Of a stretch of DNA of 64,000 nt, positions 47,484 to 57,496 are shown in pieces. How positions within the stretch are numbered: the first letter of the stretch is position 1; the number at the start of each line of letters is the position of its first letter. The notes beneath the pieces are model-generated. The model made no database searches, was not told the DNA's origin, and saw only the letters and a list, made by a program, of their open reading frames with translations. The position numbers and the translations under genes were made by a program. The DNA comes from Anaerolineales bacterium (lineage in GTDB: Bacteria; Chloroflexota; Anaerolineae; Anaerolineales; Villigracilaceae): contig JANJTV010000065.1 of NCBI GenBank assembly GCA_024710905.1, positions 20,985 through 84,984 of the forward strand, given 5' to 3'.

Positions 47484-48431
47484 ATGCAACCCAATATATA
47501 TGGCATCCGCTTTACCAAGGTAGGGAAGATTTATCATTTTGACGCCAGCCATGTTGACGACCTGAAAGTTGGCGAGCATGTGATCGTGGAAACCAGCCGC
47601 GGACGACAAATTGGCGAGGTGATCCAAAAGCTGGAAACCCTGCCAGCCCCGCCGCCGGACGGCACCTGGAAGAGTGTTGAACGCCGCGCCACCCCGGCAG
47701 ACCTGGTGCTGCGCCAGAGCTGGAATCAGAAACAGATCGAAGCCATGGTCAACTGCCGTGAACGTGCTTCCCAGCTTCATTTGCAGGATGTGAAAATTAT
47801 CGCAGCCGAATATACCTTTGACGGCGCGCGCCTGGCCTTCCTGTTCAGCTCGGAGAAGGAAGACAAGGTTGACCTGAAATCGCTGCGCAAGGATATGCAG
47901 AAACTCTATCCGGAGACCCAGGTGGAGATGCGCCAGATCGGCCCGCGTGACGTGGCCAAGATGCTGGGCGGCATGGGCGCCTGCGGCCTGGAGACACGCT
48001 GCTGCTCGAAATTCCTGACCGATTTCAGCCCGATCTCGATCAAAATGGCCAAAGAACAGGGTATTTCGCTCACGCCCAACGAAATCACCGGCATGTGCGG
48101 ACGCCTGCGCTGCTGCCTGATTTACGAATATGAGCAGTATGTGGCCGCCCGCAAGGAATTGCCCAAGCGCAACAAGCGTGTGGTGACCCCGGACGGCGAA
48201 GGCAAGGTGCTGGATGTTTACCCCCTGCGCAACGTACTGCTGGTGGAACTGGAACCCAAAGGCACACAGGGAGACCGACCCGAGCGCCCCGTCCGTAAGG
48301 AATTTCACCGCGACGTACTGGAGCCTTGGGACGAACTAGAAGCCCTGCGCCGCAAAGCCGAAGCCCCCTGTGACCGCCATGAAGGCGGCGGCTGCGATTG
48401 CGGCAAGGATAAAAAAGCCAAACAAAACTAA
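47484..48431 (+). CDS. PSP1-domain protein (RicT/YaaT-like)
   Basis: RFTKVGKIYHFDA N-terminus and the Cys-rich PSP1 C-terminus GACGLETRCCSKFL...GMCGRLRCCLIYE. ATG 47484 lies after the mrp stop. Confidence 0.8.
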   Translation: MQPNIYGIRFTKVGKIYHFDASHVDDLKVGEHVIVETSRGRQIGEVIQKLETLPAPPPDGTWKSVERRATPADLVLRQSWNQKQIEAMVNCRERASQLHLQDVKIIAAEYTFDGARLAFLFSSEKEDKVDLKSLRKDMQKLYPETQVEMRQIGPRDVAKMLGGMGACGLETRCCSKFLTDFSPISIKMAKEQGISLTPNEITGMCGRLRCCLIYEYEQYVAARKELPKRNKRVVTPDGEGKVLDVYPLRNVLLVELEPKGTQGDRPERPVRKEFHRDVLEPWDELEALRRKAEAPCDRHEGGGCDCGKDKKAKQN

Positions 48432-48432
48432 C

Positions 48433-49167
48433 ATGACCGAAAACGAACTGCAGCCCGGTGTGTGGCAAGAACAACGAAAAATCCTGGTCATCCTGGCCCA
48501 TCCGGATGACCCGGAATTTTTTTGCGGCGCAACCCTGGCGCGCTGGGCGCAGGCCGGTCATGAGATTACTTACCTGCTGCTGACTTGCGGCGACAAGGGC
48601 CGCAATGACCACAACCAGCACATCCCCGGCACAGAACTGTGCGCCCTGCGCCACAAGGAACAACGCGCCGCCGCAGCCGTGATTGGCGCACGCGAGGTAC
48701 ACTTCCTCGATTACCCGGACGGCTACCTGATCCCAGACCTGGCACTGCGCCGTGACATCACCCGCGCCATCCGACGCTTCAAGCCGGATATCCTCGTCAG
48801 CTGCGACCCGCAAACATTGTTCGCCACCTACGGCATCAACCACCCGGATCACCGCGCAGCCGGGCAAGCTGTGCTGGACGCCGTCTTCCCGGCTGCCGGG
48901 AATGAACTGTACTTCCCCGAATTGCTGGAGGAAGGCCTGCCCCCGCACATGCCTGCCGAAGTCTGGGCTTCGCTGACCAACCAGGCCAACGTACACATGG
49001 ACGTGAGCGACCTGTGGGAATTAAAAATCCGCGCCGTGCTGGAGCACAAAAGCCAGGTCGGCGACCCGGAAAAACTCAAGGAACGCCTGCGTTCCCGTCA
49101 CACCGAAGACTCGACGCCGGAAGCGCCGCGCTATGAAGAACGCTTCAGGCGGGTGGTGTACAAATGA
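48433..49167 (+). CDS. PIG-L/LmbE-family deacetylase
   Basis: ILAHPDDPEFFCG and HPDHRAAG motifs. ATG 48433 is 1 nt after the upstream stop. Confidence 0.8.
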   Translation: MTENELQPGVWQEQRKILVILAHPDDPEFFCGATLARWAQAGHEITYLLLTCGDKGRNDHNQHIPGTELCALRHKEQRAAAAVIGAREVHFLDYPDGYLIPDLALRRDITRAIRRFKPDILVSCDPQTLFATYGINHPDHRAAGQAVLDAVFPAAGNELYFPELLEEGLPPHMPAEVWASLTNQANVHMDVSDLWELKIRAVLEHKSQVGDPEKLKERLRSRHTEDSTPEAPRYEERFRRVVYK

Positions 49168-50057
49168 ACCGTACCGCTCCAGCCTTCCTCGAGCCGCCCC
49201 GCCGGGTGGTTTCGCTGGTGCCTTCCTTCACCGAAAGCCTGTTCGACCTCGGCTTTGGGCAGGCCGTGGTCGGCGTGACCGATTTCTGCCTGCATCCCAC
49301 TGAAAAACTAAAGGACCTGCCTCGCCTGGGCGGCACCAAAAATGCCCGCCCGGCAGATATCCAGGCCCTGCAGCCCGACCTGGTGGTTGCCAACCAGGAG
49401 GAAAACACCCCGCAGGGGATACGTGCGCTGGAGCAAGCCGGGCTGACCGTCTGGCTGACCTTCCCACAAAGCGTGGCCGAGGCCCTGCTAGACCTGCGCA
49501 CCCTCTCGGATATGTTCCAGAGCCGCAACGCCTACATCGCCATCGACATGCTCGAACGCAGCCTGGATTTCGCCCGCGCCGCGCGCGAAGACCTGCCGCC
49601 CATCCGTTATTTTTGCCCGATCTGGCAGGGACAGTCTGGTGCAGAAAACTGGTATATGACCTTTAATCACCAGACCTACATGCACGATTTGCTGGCCTAT
49701 TTTGGCGGCCAGAACTGCTTCGCAGATCGCGTGCGGCGACACCCGCTGGAGGCAGACCTCGGGCTGGCCCCGCCTCAACCTGCTCCCGAAACGGAAGTGG
49801 ATACCCGCTACCCGCGAGTCTCGTTAAGCGAGATTCGGGCCGCTGACCCGGAAATCATCCTGCTGCCAAGCGAGCCGTTTGAATTTAATGAAACCCATCG
49901 CCAGCAATTGCTCGAAACGCTTGCAGGGACAAGCGCCGTAAAAAACAACTGCATCCACCTGCTGGATGGTTCGCTGCTCACCTGGCACGGCACACGGATT
50001 GGCAAGGCCCTGCCCGTGCTGGAGGAACTCTTTACGAGTGATTACCCAGCGGAATAA
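49164..50057 (+). CDS. BtuF/TroA-like (cluster A) periplasmic-binding-protein-fold protein with no obvious signal peptide
   Basis: VVSLVPSFTESLFDLG..VVGVTDFC and PDLVVAN motifs. ATGA overlap with the upstream gene. Confidence 0.6.
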   Translation: MNRTAPAFLEPPRRVVSLVPSFTESLFDLGFGQAVVGVTDFCLHPTEKLKDLPRLGGTKNARPADIQALQPDLVVANQEENTPQGIRALEQAGLTVWLTFPQSVAEALLDLRTLSDMFQSRNAYIAIDMLERSLDFARAAREDLPPIRYFCPIWQGQSGAENWYMTFNHQTYMHDLLAYFGGQNCFADRVRRHPLEADLGLAPPQPAPETEVDTRYPRVSLSEIRAADPEIILLPSEPFEFNETHRQQLLETLAGTSAVKNNCIHLLDGSLLTWHGTRIGKALPVLEELFTSDYPAE

Positions 50058-50076
50058 GACCCGCAAAGGAGAAAAA

Positions 50077-51255
50077 ATGGACCTGTTGGCTGAAGCACAA
50101 AAATTATTCCCTTACACCCAGGCCATGCGTCGGGACTTCCACCTGCACCCCGAACTGGGCTTTCAGGAATTTCGCACGGCAGGCATTGTAGCCAAGGAGT
50201 TGCAAGACCTGGGCCTGGAAGTAACCACCGGCGTGGGGAAGACCGGCGTGGTGGCAATGATTGAGGGCGGCAAGCCCGGCCCGGTGCTGATGCTGCGCGC
50301 CGACATGGACGCGCTGCCCATCCTTGAAGATACTGGCGCGGAATATGCCTCGCAAAACCCGGGGGTGATGCATGCCTGCGGGCATGACGGCCATACCGCC
50401 ATCCTGCTGACCGTGGCCAAACTGCTGAACGGGATGAAAGACGAACTGCCCGGCTCGATCAAACTGGTCTTCCAGCCTGCCGAGGAAGGCATGGGTGGCG
50501 CGGAAGGCATGATCAAAGACGGCGTAATGGATGGTCCCAAAGTGGATTATGTGCTTGGCCTGCACCTGTGGAACGAGAAACCACTCGGCTGGCTGGGCGT
50601 GGCCGCCGGGCCGTATATGGCCGGTGCAGACGAGTTCAAAATGCAGATCACCGGCAAAGGCGGGCACGGCGCGCAGCCGCACACCACCTTTGACCCGATT
50701 GTGGCCGGGGCGCAGATTGTCACCGCCCTGCAAAGTATCGTTGGCCGCAATGTGCCACCGGTTGAAACGGCAGTGGTCTCGGTGACCACCTTCCATGGCG
50801 GCGATGCGTTTAATGTCATCCCCCAGCGCGCCGAGCTGACCGGCACCATCCGTACTTTCAAGCCCGAAGTTCGCGAGATGGTGCTGCGCCGCTTTGAAGA
50901 AACCGCCAAAGGCGTCGGCGCAGCCATGAATTGCCAGGTGGAAGTGCAGTTCTTCCACACCGCCCCGGCCACCATCAACGACGCCGGGATTACCGAAATT
51001 GTCCAGCAGACCGCCCGGCGGGTGCTGCCCGAAAGCCATGTAGATGAAGGCAACATGATCACCATGGGCTCGGAGGACTACGCCTTCTTCCTGGACAAAG
51101 CCCGCGGCATGTACTTCTTTGTCGGCTCGGCCAATGCCGAACGCAACTTGATCTACAGCCACCACCATCCCAAGTTTGACTTCGACGAAGCAGCGCTGCC
51201 ACGCGCCGCCGCGCTGCTGGCCTCGGCTGCTGTGGATGTCTTGCAACAGGCCTAA
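50077..51255 (+). CDS. M20-family amidohydrolase (N-acyl-amino-acid / hippurate hydrolase type)
   Basis: RRDFHLHPELGFQEFRT, MHACGHDGH and FQPAEEG. The AAAGGAG RBS supports ATG 50077. Confidence 0.88.
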   Translation: MDLLAEAQKLFPYTQAMRRDFHLHPELGFQEFRTAGIVAKELQDLGLEVTTGVGKTGVVAMIEGGKPGPVLMLRADMDALPILEDTGAEYASQNPGVMHACGHDGHTAILLTVAKLLNGMKDELPGSIKLVFQPAEEGMGGAEGMIKDGVMDGPKVDYVLGLHLWNEKPLGWLGVAAGPYMAGADEFKMQITGKGGHGAQPHTTFDPIVAGAQIVTALQSIVGRNVPPVETAVVSVTTFHGGDAFNVIPQRAELTGTIRTFKPEVREMVLRRFEETAKGVGAAMNCQVEVQFFHTAPATINDAGITEIVQQTARRVLPESHVDEGNMITMGSEDYAFFLDKARGMYFFVGSANAERNLIYSHHHPKFDFDEAALPRAAALLASAAVDVLQQA

Positions 51256-51282
51256 AAATCATTACAATAGCAATATCACTTA

Positions 51283-51316
51283 ACAGGGTGACCATCAACG
51301 TCATCCTGTTTTTATT
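51283..51316 (+). terminator. intrinsic terminator after the M20 hydrolase gene
   Basis: acagggtgac-loop-gtcatcctgt (one mismatch) followed by ttttatttc. Confidence 0.5.
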
Positions 51317-51340
51317 TCTATCAAGAATGCGGTAAAAAAT

Positions 51341-51838
51341 ATGAACAAAACCGATCTGCAAACCCTGCTTTCGTACAGCGCATGGGCCACCAACAAACTG
51401 CTGGCAGCCTGCGAGGGCATCACGCACGAGGAATTCTTTCGCCCATTAGCGCCCAACCCCGGCTGGCAAACCCTGTGGGCCACCCTGGCGCATATGCTGG
51501 ACGCAGAATACGGCTGGCGTTGCGCCTTGCAATCACAAGACTCAAGCAACATCCTGACGGGCGACGACTTCCCGAATCTGCCTGCCCTGCAACACCGCTG
51601 GCAGGAGGAGCATGCTGCCTGGGCCAGGTACCTCGCCAGCCTGCCCGAAACAAATATTCACAAAGGCTACGGCGCAGAACCCGAATCCACGATGCTGGTC
51701 TGGCAGGTGGTTGTGCATGTCGTCAACCATGCCACCCAGCATCGCAGCGAAGTTGCCGCGTTCTTAACTGGCCTGGGCCACTCGCCCGGCGAACTGGATT
51801 TTGACCTTTACCTTCAAGGGAGCCCTAGCAAACTATGA
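51341..51838 (+). CDS. DinB-family protein
   Basis: Four-helix pattern with His motifs LAHMLDAE and HVVNHATQHRSE. Confidence 0.8.
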   Translation: MNKTDLQTLLSYSAWATNKLLAACEGITHEEFFRPLAPNPGWQTLWATLAHMLDAEYGWRCALQSQDSSNILTGDDFPNLPALQHRWQEEHAAWARYLASLPETNIHKGYGAEPESTMLVWQVVVHVVNHATQHRSEVAAFLTGLGHSPGELDFDLYLQGSPSKL

Positions 51839-52194
51839 AACGCATCCTTCTTGTCACCCTGACCTTTTTGTTCCTCACCGCCTGCGCCACACCTGTCGAA
51901 GAGGCCGCCGCGCCGGAATTCGACATCCGCGGCAAGTGGACGTATACCATGACCGCCAGCGATGGCAACACCTATGACGAAGGCACCATCACCTTCAGCG
52001 GCCAGCCCCAGGCCGGGACCTACCAGCAGGTTAATTTCTATCAGATTACCTACGAAGGTACCTATACGGTCAATGGGAACTCTCTGCAACTCTCCGGCCA
52101 TGAAACCTGGCAGGGCACCATCAGTGATGCCAATACCATCAGAGGGCCCTGGGAACGAGACGGCGCGAGTGGGTTTTTCACCGCCAACCGTTAA
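51835..52194 (+). CDS. small lipoprotein
   Basis: MKRILLVTLTFLFLTAC lipobox. ATGA overlap with dinB. Confidence 0.55.
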   Translation: MKRILLVTLTFLFLTACATPVEEAAAPEFDIRGKWTYTMTASDGNTYDEGTITFSGQPQAGTYQQVNFYQITYEGTYTVNGNSLQLSGHETWQGTISDANTIRGPWERDGASGFFTANR

Positions 52195-52266
52195 ACGATC
52201 TTAAGTCCGCCGCCTAAACGCTCAAACCTAAACTAAAGTCTAACATCTAAGGTCTAAAGTCTACCC

Positions 52267-53616
52267 ATGCTCACCGACCCCAACTGGAATTGCCACCTGC
52301 GCGCCTTGCTGCTCGACGACTCGGGTCGCATCCTACTAACTGAAACTGAACAGGGCTGGGACCTGCCCGCTGCCAGCCTGCCACAATACATTTCACCCAT
52401 GGGCAACCCACTCATTGCCCAAACCTTCAATGCCAGCATCAACGGCCAATTCCACCCGCTCTATTGCGCCTGGTTCAAAACCAACGTCGATGAAAAATGG
52501 GGTCGCCGCATCTACCGGCTTGAGGTGCTCACCCCCGGATGGAACCCGCCCGACCATTGCCGCTGGTTCCACCTCGAAGAACTGGCATCCCTGTCGCTGG
52601 CCGACCCCGAACTACCCGACACCCTGCACACACACCTGGCCGCCCGTACTTCCCCCAAAACAGCCCCGTGGGCCAGACCGGGCTGGTATGGCGAAACACT
52701 AAACTGGATACACGAAAATCTCGAAAATCAAAACCGACCACTATCCGGCCCGCCCGAACTGGTTAAAACCTGGGCGCTTTCCATTGTGCTACGCCTGCCC
52801 ACCCAAAGCGGTCTGGCCTATTTCAAAGCCGCCTGCTTCTCGCCGCTCTTCGGCAACGAAGCCGCCAGCACCCAATTCCTGGCCCAACGCTTCCCCGGGC
52901 AGGTGCCCGCTCCGCTGGCAGTGGACATCCCCAACAACTGGCTGCTGCTGGAGGATTTCGGCAAGGCGCTATACGAAAACAAGACTCCTGAAATCCGCGT
53001 CGAAGCCCAGCGTCGCTATGCCCAACTCCAGATTCAGTCCATTCCGCATCTCGATTCGTTGCTGCAAAATGGCTGCCTCGACCGGCGGCTGGCGTGGATG
53101 CAGGAGAAGATTCCCTATGTCCTGCAAGCGGAGGAAATCGCCCGCGTGCTGGCGCCCGATGACCTGGCCATCCTTAAACAGGCCGCACCCTGGCTGGAGG
53201 CGCGCCTCCGCGCACTTTCAGACATGGGCATCCCAGCCACGTTGGTACACGGCGACCTGCACGAGGGCAACATGGCCGCGCCAAACGGCCAGCCGCTCTA
53301 TTTTGACTGGACAGATGCCTGCATTTCACACCCGTTCATGGACCTGCTGGCCCTGCTCTGGGAGGAAGACGAAACTGCCCGCGAATCCCTGCTGGCCGCC
53401 TACCTGCAGCCCTGGCAGGAACACCTCAGCCTGAGCCAGGAAACCCTGCGCCAGGCCTGGGAACTGGCCAAACCGATCACTGCCTTCAACCAGATCATTT
53501 CTTACATCAGCCTGGAGCGTCACCAGAACGACGGCCTGCCGGTAAATGTACTCTTTGGGGCGGAAGAAGACCCGTTCATGAATATTTTGCTGGAAGCCAT
53601 CAGGAGCAAAACATGA
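52267..53616 (+). CDS. APH/choline-kinase-family phosphotransferase with an N-terminal extra domain
   Basis: Brenner-type motif LVHGDLHEGNM and DWTDA. Confidence 0.7.
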   Translation: MLTDPNWNCHLRALLLDDSGRILLTETEQGWDLPAASLPQYISPMGNPLIAQTFNASINGQFHPLYCAWFKTNVDEKWGRRIYRLEVLTPGWNPPDHCRWFHLEELASLSLADPELPDTLHTHLAARTSPKTAPWARPGWYGETLNWIHENLENQNRPLSGPPELVKTWALSIVLRLPTQSGLAYFKAACFSPLFGNEAASTQFLAQRFPGQVPAPLAVDIPNNWLLLEDFGKALYENKTPEIRVEAQRRYAQLQIQSIPHLDSLLQNGCLDRRLAWMQEKIPYVLQAEEIARVLAPDDLAILKQAAPWLEARLRALSDMGIPATLVHGDLHEGNMAAPNGQPLYFDWTDACISHPFMDLLALLWEEDETARESLLAAYLQPWQEHLSLSQETLRQAWELAKPITAFNQIISYISLERHQNDGLPVNVLFGAEEDPFMNILLEAIRSKT

Positions 53617-54074
53617 CCATCACCATCCGCGCTGTTTCACCAGACCTGCCCGAGGCAACCGCCCTGCTGGCCGAACTGGATGCCCACCTGATGGCGCACC
53701 CCTATCCGCAGGAAAGCCGCCATGCCTTCAACATCGAACGCCTGCTGCGCGAGAACGTGGCCTTCTTCGTGGCCAAGGTGGACGGCCAGCCCGCCGGGTG
53801 TGGCGGCATCAAGTTGTTTGGCCAGGAATACGGCGAAATCAAACGCATGTATGTCCGCCCGGCCTTTCGCGGGCGCGGGTTGGGAAAGGCCATGCTGGCT
53901 CAACTGACTCAATTCGCCAGCCAACACGGTATTGCCTTGCTGCGCCTGGAAACCGGTATTTACGAGACGGAAGCGATTGGGATGTATGAATCCTTTGGCT
54001 TCCGGCGCTGCCCGCCGTTTGGGGACTATCACGAAGACCCGAACAGTATCTATTTTGAAAAAGCCACATCATAG
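53613..54074 (+). CDS. GNAT N-acetyltransferase
   Basis: RMYVRPAFRGRGLGKAML acetyl-CoA motif. ATGA overlap with the upstream gene. Confidence 0.85.
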   Translation: MTITIRAVSPDLPEATALLAELDAHLMAHPYPQESRHAFNIERLLRENVAFFVAKVDGQPAGCGGIKLFGQEYGEIKRMYVRPAFRGRGLGKAMLAQLTQFASQHGIALLRLETGIYETEAIGMYESFGFRRCPPFGDYHEDPNSIYFEKATS

Positions 54075-54165
54075 TTTCGCCACTGGCAAAGTTGGGGATT
54101 GAATTAATCCGCCGGATCTCTTACGATTCTTTTACCAGCAGTGTCTTGTTGACAAGGAGAAAAAG

Positions 54166-54456
54166 ATGAACGCATGTCCAGAATGTGGCTCAACCGAGAT
54201 TATCCCCAACCTGCTTGTTTTCGCGGACGAAGCTTTGCTCGGGCAACGCCCTCCCTATGTTAAATTGATTGAACCAAAGCCCGAAAAGCCGCCCTTCATC
54301 TGGAGTCCCAGGTCTGTTGCCACGGGCTTCCGGGCAGCCATCTGTGGCGCCTGCGGATACACGCGGTTTTACACGGAGCACTATGCAAAACTGCTCGAAG
54401 CACACAGGCAGGGATACACCAGCCAGCAAGATGAATTAAAAATCGTACCAATTTAA
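54166..54456 (+). CDS. zinc-ribbon protein
   Basis: CPECGS...CGACGY pairs. AAGGAG RBS. Confidence 0.5.
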   Translation: MNACPECGSTEIIPNLLVFADEALLGQRPPYVKLIEPKPEKPPFIWSPRSVATGFRAAICGACGYTRFYTEHYAKLLEAHRQGYTSQQDELKIVPI

Positions 54457-55709
54457 TGAACATCCTCATCTCCACCCTGGGTTCACGCGGAGACACACAA
54501 CCCTACCTGGCGCTGGCTGTCACACTCAAACGCGCCGGGCATCACGTCACCATCACCGCCCCGGCCAGTTTTACAACGTGGATACAGTCCTACGGCATCA
54601 GCGCCCACCCGGTGCAATTCAACCCTCACGAGGTGATGGTATCTCTTTCCAAAAGCAGGAATCCCCTCCAGGCCATGCGTACCATGCAGGAAGTCATGAA
54701 CACCGGTGTCATGCAAGCCTTGGATGAATGCTGGCAGGCCGCGCAGGAGTCGGATTTCCTGATCCAGACCGGCACCGGCAGCGGCGCGCTGGAAATTGCC
54801 GGCACGCGCGGCATCCCGGTGGCGTTTGCCTACCTGGTGCCCATGCCACCAACCCGGGCCTTCCCCTCGTTCATGCTGCCGTTCCGGTTTTCGCTGGGGG
54901 GCAGATACAACCACCTGACCCATACCCTCGTCCGGCAAATGCTGTGGCGCGGCATGGGCGGGCCAACCCTCAATCGCTGGCGCACGCGGCTGAACCTGCC
55001 CGCCTGGCGTTCAGAAGAACAAATGCTCGGCTTTGCCCGGCAGGTCGGTGCGCCTTCGCTCTACGGATTCAGCCAACATGTGATTCCCAGGCCAGCTGAT
55101 TGGGGAGAAGAACATCACATCACCGGCTACTGGTTCCTGGATGAACCGCCCGGCTGGCAGCCACCCGAAGACCTGCTTCGTTTCCTGGAGGATGGCCCAC
55201 CGCCTGTCTACATCGGCTTTGGCAGCATGAATCACCACAACCCGAAGCAGCAAACCCAGCTGGCCTTAAAGGCCCTGGAAATCAGCGGACAGCGCGGTGT
55301 GCTGGCCACAGGCTGGGGCGGACTGGATCGCCTGCCTGCCGCCAAAAACACCTTTTTTGTGGAGGATGTGCCGCATGCCTGGCTGTTCCCGCGCATGGCG
55401 GCCGTCGTGCATCACGGCGGCGCAGGCACAACCGCCGCCGGGCTGAGGGCGGGGATCCCCAACATCATTGCGCCATTTGGCGGCGATCAGACCGCCTGGG
55501 GAGATTGGGTAGCAAAGCTGGGCGTCGGAGTGCAGCCTGCCACCGGGCAGCAACTGAAAGCCGGGAAGCTGGCGGAGGCAATTCATACCGCCATCAGCGA
55601 CCAGGCCCTGCGCACCCGCGCCGCCGCACTGGGAGAGAAAATCCGCGCTGAGCATGGGGTTGCCCGGGCCGTGGAAGTGCTGGAACAGCACGCCAGGGCG
55701 ACGCAATAG
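54456..55709 (+). CDS. GT1-family UDP-glycosyltransferase (MGT/sterol glucosyltransferase-like)
   Basis: MNILISTLGSRGDTQPYLALA N-terminus and the C-terminal donor motif VVHHGGAGTTAAGLRAGIPNIIAPFGGDQ. Confidence 0.85.
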   Translation: MNILISTLGSRGDTQPYLALAVTLKRAGHHVTITAPASFTTWIQSYGISAHPVQFNPHEVMVSLSKSRNPLQAMRTMQEVMNTGVMQALDECWQAAQESDFLIQTGTGSGALEIAGTRGIPVAFAYLVPMPPTRAFPSFMLPFRFSLGGRYNHLTHTLVRQMLWRGMGGPTLNRWRTRLNLPAWRSEEQMLGFARQVGAPSLYGFSQHVIPRPADWGEEHHITGYWFLDEPPGWQPPEDLLRFLEDGPPPVYIGFGSMNHHNPKQQTQLALKALEISGQRGVLATGWGGLDRLPAAKNTFFVEDVPHAWLFPRMAAVVHHGGAGTTAAGLRAGIPNIIAPFGGDQTAWGDWVAKLGVGVQPATGQQLKAGKLAEAIHTAISDQALRTRAAALGEKIRAEHGVARAVEVLEQHARATQ

Positions 55710-55812
55710 TTGCCCGCCAGGGAAATTTTCTGTATAGTTATAGCTATCCAATGGCGCGTTCGGGCATCCTCCGCCATGAAAGCCCCATCTAATCTTAAAT
55801 AAGGAAGTCGCC

Positions 55813-56526
55813 ATGCCTGCTCAATTGTTCAACTGTCCTTCCTGCGGCGCGCCGGTCATCCCACGCGGCAAGGCTGCCGTTTTAAATTGCCCGTATTGCC
55901 ATGCATCGGTGGTCGTGCCAGAGGAACTGCGCCGCGCCACGGGAAGCGCCAACTGGGGCACGCTGGTATACGATGGCTTTGTCTCCAACCACAACGACTG
56001 GCTGGTCGGGGAGCATAGCAGCGAGTATTTCGCGCCGGTGACCCAGGCCATCATAAACGGGCGCTATCGCTGGGAAGCCAGGGTGAACAAAGCCAGCAGT
56101 ATTGTCACCTCCTGGCTGACAGGTTACCCGGTTACAGATTTTCACCTGCTGGCAAATTGCAAACACATCCGGGGCAGCCGAGCCGAGAGCAGCTGGGGCG
56201 TAATCTACCGGATTCAAGACCGGCATAATTTCTGTTACTTTCGTATCACCGACAACCGTCTGTTTTCTGTGACCGTGCAGCAAAATGGTGAATGGAAGCC
56301 GCTGGTTGATTGGACGAACAGCAACGCAATCAAGCCCGACGGTGTCAACCAGCTGGAAGTGATTGCCCAAGGCAAGCGACTTGCCTTCCTGATTAACGGA
56401 CAGGTGGTCAACGAATTGGACGATTCGCACTTTGATGGCGGTCTGGTCGGGCTGGCCGTGGAGGGTTATAAGGTTGGTGAGGAAATCACTTACGACTTTT
56501 TGGACATCCTGTTACGCGCGCCATGA
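55813..56526 (+). CDS. zinc-ribbon protein with a C-terminal concanavalin/DUF1080-like beta-sandwich
   Basis: CPSCGAP...CPYCHAS, then LAFLINGQVVNELDD...GGLVGLAV. Confidence 0.5.
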   Translation: MPAQLFNCPSCGAPVIPRGKAAVLNCPYCHASVVVPEELRRATGSANWGTLVYDGFVSNHNDWLVGEHSSEYFAPVTQAIINGRYRWEARVNKASSIVTSWLTGYPVTDFHLLANCKHIRGSRAESSWGVIYRIQDRHNFCYFRITDNRLFSVTVQQNGEWKPLVDWTNSNAIKPDGVNQLEVIAQGKRLAFLINGQVVNELDDSHFDGGLVGLAVEGYKVGEEITYDFLDILLRAP

Positions 56527-56576
56527 TGCAAGAAGGGTCAAAGTGACGTTACCATTAAAGATGAAGGGAGATCTAA

Positions 56577-56993
56577 ATGGCTGAAAACAAAACCAAACCC
56601 ACCACGGCGTCTGTGGAGGACTTCATTGCCAACATTGAACATCCCCGCCGCCGCAGCGACGCATTGACCGCCCTGAAAATGTACAGGGAAATCACCGGGC
56701 TGAATCCGGTCTTGTGGGGGCCTTCGATTATTGGCTTTGGTTCACTACATTATATGTATGAGACTGGGCGCGAGGGAGACATGCCCGCTGCCGCTTTTTC
56801 GCCGCGCAAAGGGTACATGACCTTTTATGTCGGCGACGAATTCGAAGGCGCAAGCCAGCTCTATGCCAGGCTCGGCAAACACAAAAAATCGGTGGCCTGC
56901 CTGTACATCAACAAACTGGATGATGTTAATCTTGACGTGTTGCGTGAAATCATCACCCGCCAATACCGCAAGGATACGAAATTAAATGAATAA
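56577..56993 (+). CDS. DUF1801 (YdhG-like) domain protein
   Basis: TKPTTASVEDFIANIEHPRRRSDALTALKMY. Confidence 0.7.
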   Translation: MAENKTKPTTASVEDFIANIEHPRRRSDALTALKMYREITGLNPVLWGPSIIGFGSLHYMYETGREGDMPAAAFSPRKGYMTFYVGDEFEGASQLYARLGKHKKSVACLYINKLDDVNLDVLREIITRQYRKDTKLNE

Positions 56994-57405
56994 AAACAAA
57001 CCAGACGCCGCAGGCAAGACCTGGACGAACATCGGATGGGGGTTGGCGATTCTGTTCGTGGGCAGCATCCTTTGGTCGATGTGGGAGGAGACCCTACTAC
57101 CATTGATTCGGTCCGGCAACACCCGCTCCCTGTGGCTGCACCTGGTCGGCATGCCAATCATCCTGCTCGGGACGGGTATCTTTGTGTACGGGGGAATTGT
57201 GTTTGTACGCGCCACCTTTGCAGCCCTGGCAGATTCTGGATTAATCGAGAATATGCGCGTGATCAAAGGCGAACTGGCGGGGGATAAAAGGAAGGCACAA
57301 TGGGCCAATGCCGGCCTGCTGGTGCAATCCTGGCTGCCCGGCCTGGGCTGGCTGGGGTTTGGTTTTGCGCTGATTGCGCTGGGGGGATTTTTGATCAACC
57401 TGTGA
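56986..57405 (+). CDS. four-TM membrane protein; its 3' end is copy 1 of the island-flanking repeat
   Basis: Hydrophobic segments throughout. It ends ...LPGLGWLGFGFALIALGGFLINL. Confidence 0.55.
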   Translation: MNKNKPDAAGKTWTNIGWGLAILFVGSILWSMWEETLLPLIRSGNTRSLWLHLVGMPIILLGTGIFVYGGIVFVRATFAALADSGLIENMRVIKGELAGDKRKAQWANAGLLVQSWLPGLGWLGFGFALIALGGFLINL

Positions 57406-57411
57406 AACGGA
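57334..57411 (+). repeat. direct repeat copy 1 (78 bp, 5 mismatches versus 63521-63598)
   Basis: ctgcccggcctgggctggctggggtttggttttgcgctgattgcgctggggggatttttgatcaacctgtgaaacgga. Confidence 0.9.
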
Positions 57412-57496
57412 ATAAACCGAAAAGGTATTGTAAAAACATCCCATTAAGGGTATAGTGAAATAAAGCACGAACGGCTTTCAAACCAAGGGGTCGGGG

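Noticed and set aside
47415-48996. Two long - strand ORFs (297 aa and 303 aa).
   Set aside because: They are antisense to the PSP1/RicT and PIG-L genes. Their composition is Arg/Ala/Gly/His-rich and they have no start context.
50104-51246. A 380-aa ORF on the - strand.
   Set aside because: It is the antisense shadow of the M20 amidohydrolase gene, with no motifs. The same reasoning applies to 20645-21550 (-), 44104-44916 (-), 7893-8675 (-), 3180-3971 (-), 27285-27971 (+) and 18585-19316 (-).
52195-52266. Low-complexity cta/aaa-rich spacer (ctaaacgctcaaacctaaactaaagtctaacatctaaggtctaaagtcta).
   Set aside because: The short degenerate repeats have no clear unit, no hairpin and no flanking feature. 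It is probably just an AT-rich promoter or spacer region, and I cannot support more than that.
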